50,431 bases of DNA, from positions 1 through 50,431 of the forward strand of contig CAZVEF010000004.1 in assembly GCA_964625715.1 (NCBI GenBank), in the 5' to 3' direction. Both the position numbers and the translations under genes were made by a program. The DNA is from an uncultured Spirochaetaceae bacterium (GTDB lineage: Bacteria; Spirochaetota; Spirochaetia; DSM-27196; SLST01). Shown piece after piece: positions 46,479 to 50,431 of this stretch (positions are counted from its first letter, which is position 1; the number at the start of each line of letters is the position of its first letter). Under the pieces are notes generated by a model. It was not told the origin of the DNA, searched no databases, and worked only from the letters and a program-made list of their open reading frames with translations.

Positions 46479-46736
46479 CTACTCGGCAGACGGTTCGATT
46501 GCGATGATCTTGCGGCCCTTGCGATCAATGAAGCTCACGGTTCCGTCGATCTTCGCGAACAGCGTGTCGTCTTTCCCGCGCCCGACGTTCGCGCCCGGAT
46601 GGAAGCGCGTTCCCCGCTGGCGCACGAGGATCGAGCCGGCGCTCACGAGCTGTCCACCGGACCGCTTGAGTCCGAGGCGCTGCGCGTTGGAGTCCCGTCC
46701 GTTCTTGCTGCTTCCGCCACCCTTCTTATGAGCCAT
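46479..46736 (-). CDS. rpmA: 50S ribosomal protein L27
   Basis: [24 protein letters not shown] and GKDDTLFA; GAAGGAG SD. Confidence 0.98.
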   Translation of the reverse strand: MAHKKGGGSSKNGRDSNAQRLGLKRSGGQLVSAGSILVRQRGTRFHPGANVGRGKDDTLFAKIDGTVSFIDRKGRKIIAIEPSAE

Positions 46737-47076
46737 GCGTATCTCCTTCGTATTCAACCGCCATCGTGACCTCCTGCGGCGACTCGCGCGCGACCCGCGC
46801 AATTCCGGTCACGATCACGTCGGTGACTCCACGCAGCCACGCGAGGGCCGCTGCAGCCACGCTGTCGATGCTCAGGACGAGATCACCGGGTGCGTCTGCC
46901 GAACCCGTCGCTGCGATGTCGCCCCGCTCGTCGATCGCCTGCGCGCAGGCGCGGACGATCCCGCTCACCGCCGCGCACTCGGCGCTCACGGTGCGCGACC
47001 CGAGCGACGCGTGCCCGCGGACCGTGAGCGATGAGAGCGCTCCGCTCCCGTCGACCACGACCCGGACGTCGATCAC
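46726..47076 (-). CDS. prp: Ribosomal-processing cysteine protease Prp (DUF464) homolog
   Basis: Lies between rplU and rpmA; MI.V..., GHA and CAAVS motifs; GTGA coupling to rplU. Confidence 0.8.
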   Translation of the reverse strand: MIDVRVVVDGSGALSSLTVRGHASLGSRTVSAECAAVSGIVRACAQAIDERGDIAATGSADAPGDLVLSIDSVAAAALAWLRGVTDVIVTGIARVARESPQEVTMAVEYEGDTHGS

Positions 47077-47387
47077 GAACCGGTGATCTCCTCCACGCGG
47101 AGGAGCGTGTAGTCCTGTCGATGTCCGCGCGTCCTCTTGTACCGCTTTCGTCGCTTGTACTTGTGCACGATCACCTTGTTGCCGCGAACGTGGTCCTCGA
47201 CGACCGCCTTCACCTTCGCACCCGAAACGTAGGGCTCGCCGATCTTCACGCTCGAATCGTCGCGGAGCATCAGGACACTGTCGAGCTCGACGACGTCGCC
47301 TTTCTCCGAGGCAACGCGCTGTACGGTGAGAAGGCCGCCCTTCTCCGCCTTGTACTGGTTGCCCTTGATCTCCACCATTGCGTACAT
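47073..47387 (-). CDS. rplU: 50S ribosomal protein L21
   Basis: MYAMVEIKGNQYK and KYKRRKRY....GHRQ.YT. Confidence 0.97.
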   Translation of the reverse strand: MYAMVEIKGNQYKAEKGGLLTVQRVASEKGDVVELDSVLMLRDDSSVKIGEPYVSGAKVKAVVEDHVRGNKVIVHKYKRRKRYKRTRGHRQDYTLLRVEEITGS

Positions 47388-47445
47388 ACTTCTTCCTTGT
47401 AATGCTCGAGGTAGCGATATAAGTAACCAAGAATCTCGCGTCGCG

Positions 47446-48928
<1,483 letters not shown>

Positions 48929-48936
<8 letters not shown>

Positions 48937-50431
48937 GAACGGCCTCCCGCATGCTCTTCTCCTCCTGCAGCTCGAGGATCCGGCGGAACGCAGGCGATAT
49001 CACCTTATGGAACTTCACGATGCTCGCATCCCAGTCGTCGAGCACGCGTCCGCCGATCTCGCTGCCGGTGTACTCGTGGTGCCACGCGACGAGCTGGCGC
49101 ACCTCTGCGATCTCCTGCTCGCTCTCGAGCTTCATCAGCTCGACCATGCCCGGGTTCACCTTGCTCGGGAAATCGCCGAGTGTGTCGTAGACGTACGCGA
49201 TTCCGCCGCTCATACCCGCCCCGAAGTTGCGCCCGGTGCCGCCGAGGATGACGGCGCAACCTCCGGTCATGTACTCGCAGCCGTGGTCGCCAACCCCCTC
49301 GACGACGACGTGCGCCCCGGAGTTCCGGACGCAGAACCGCTCGGCGGCCATGCCCCGGAAGAATCCGTACCCGCGGATCGCGCCGTAGAGCGCGACGTTG
49401 CCGATGATGATGTTCTCCTCCGACCTGAATCGGCTGCCCCTCGGCGGATACGCGATGAGCATCCCGCCGGAGAGTCCCTTGCCGACGTAGTCGTTCGCGT
49501 CGCCCTCGAGCTCGAGGGTCACGCCTTTCGACAGCCACGCACCGAAGCTCTGCCCGGCCGACCCGGTCAGCTTCGCGTGAATCGTGTCTCGGGGGAGCCC
49601 TTCGAGCCCGTAGCGCTTCGCGATCTCGTGGCTGAGCATCGTTCCCGTTGCGCGGTCGACGTTGCGGATGGGCAGGTCGATCCGAACCGGCTCCTGCCGC
49701 TCGAGCGCCCGAGCGCTCAGCTCGATGAGCGTGCGGTCGAGCACCGTGTCGATGCCGTGGTCCTGCGGAATGCAGCAGATCACCCGGCTCGCGGGAGTCT
49801 TCTTCACCGCGGGGCGGAGCACCGCCGACAGATCCACTCCGGCCGATTTCCACTCGCGCACCGCGTCGTCGGCCTCGAGCATGTCGACGCGGCCGACCAT
49901 CTGCTCGAAGGTGCGGAAGCCGAGCTCGGCCATGATGCCGCGCAGGTCTTCGGCGAGGAACATCATAAGGTTCACCACGTCGTCCGGACGCCCGGTGAAC
50001 TTGGCCCGCAGCCGCGGGTCCTGCGTCGCCACACCCACCGGACACGTGTTCTTCTCGCACTTGCGCATCATGATGCAGCCGACCGCGATGAGCGCGCTGG
50101 TGGCGAAGCCGCACTCCTCGGCGCCGAGCATCGCGGCGATCGCGATGTCGCGCCCGGTCTTGATCTGCCCGTCGGTCTGAACGACGACACGGCTGCGCAG
50201 GTCGTTCATCACGAGGGTCTGATGCGTCTCGGCGAGCCCGAGCTCCCACGGCAACCCGGCGTGCTTGATGCCGGTAAGCGGGCTCGCACCGGTCCCCCCG
50301 TCGTGACCGGAGATGAGGATGTGATCGGCGTGCGCCTTCGCCACGCCTGCGGCAACCGTCCCGACGCCGACCTCGCTTACGAGCTTCACGCTGACGCGCG
50401 CCTGCGGGTTGGAGTTCTTCAGGTCGAAGAT
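48929..50431 (-). CDS. gltB: Glutamate synthase large subunit, C-terminal part (5' end outside the window)
   Basis: [35 protein letters not shown] and [11 protein letters not shown]. The frame stays open to the window edge. Confidence 0.97.

Noticed and set aside
46737-46802. In-frame upstream extension of L27
   Set aside because: It lies within prp in another frame and is unlike the Prp-cleaved motif. A strong SD precedes ATG 46736.

Overview
High-GC bacterial chromosome segment, very probably from a free-living spirochaete. This is inferred from the gene orders spoVG-rplY-pth-tilS-ftsH and rplU-prp-rpmA-obgE-nadD-LCP-rsfS. There are about 37 CDSs and two tRNAs (Asp-GTC, Pro-CGG). I see no CRISPR array, integrase, transposase or prophage. 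The right half is mostly housekeeping: lepA, ftsH, tilS, pth, L25, SpoVG, RsfS, NadD, ObgE, L27, Prp, L21 and gltD/gltB. The left half is rich in signalling and proteolysis genes: a GAF-PAS adenylate cyclase plus HEAT protein, M16 peptidase, ClpS, a VWA/FHA-like/PIG-L fusion, an HCF101-type Mrp, SppA, a membrane PPase, TPR-GAF-GGDEF, and nlpD-like/rpoS-like genes. The best candidate for an uncharacterised system is a three-gene operon at 19300-22750: ECF sigma, a single-pass anti-sigma, and an exported caspase-family protease fused to beta-helix repeats and a likely outer-membrane beta-barrel. An R-x-K-G motif is shared by the protease linker and the anti-sigma. Other notable signals are a 69-aa hyper-acidic ORF divergent from spoVG, a Prp protease next to an L27 with no cleavable extension, apparently leaderless genes, a probable CTG start for pth, and a collapsed metal-ABC operon remnant. 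All family assignments come from recognising motifs by eye; no searches were run.
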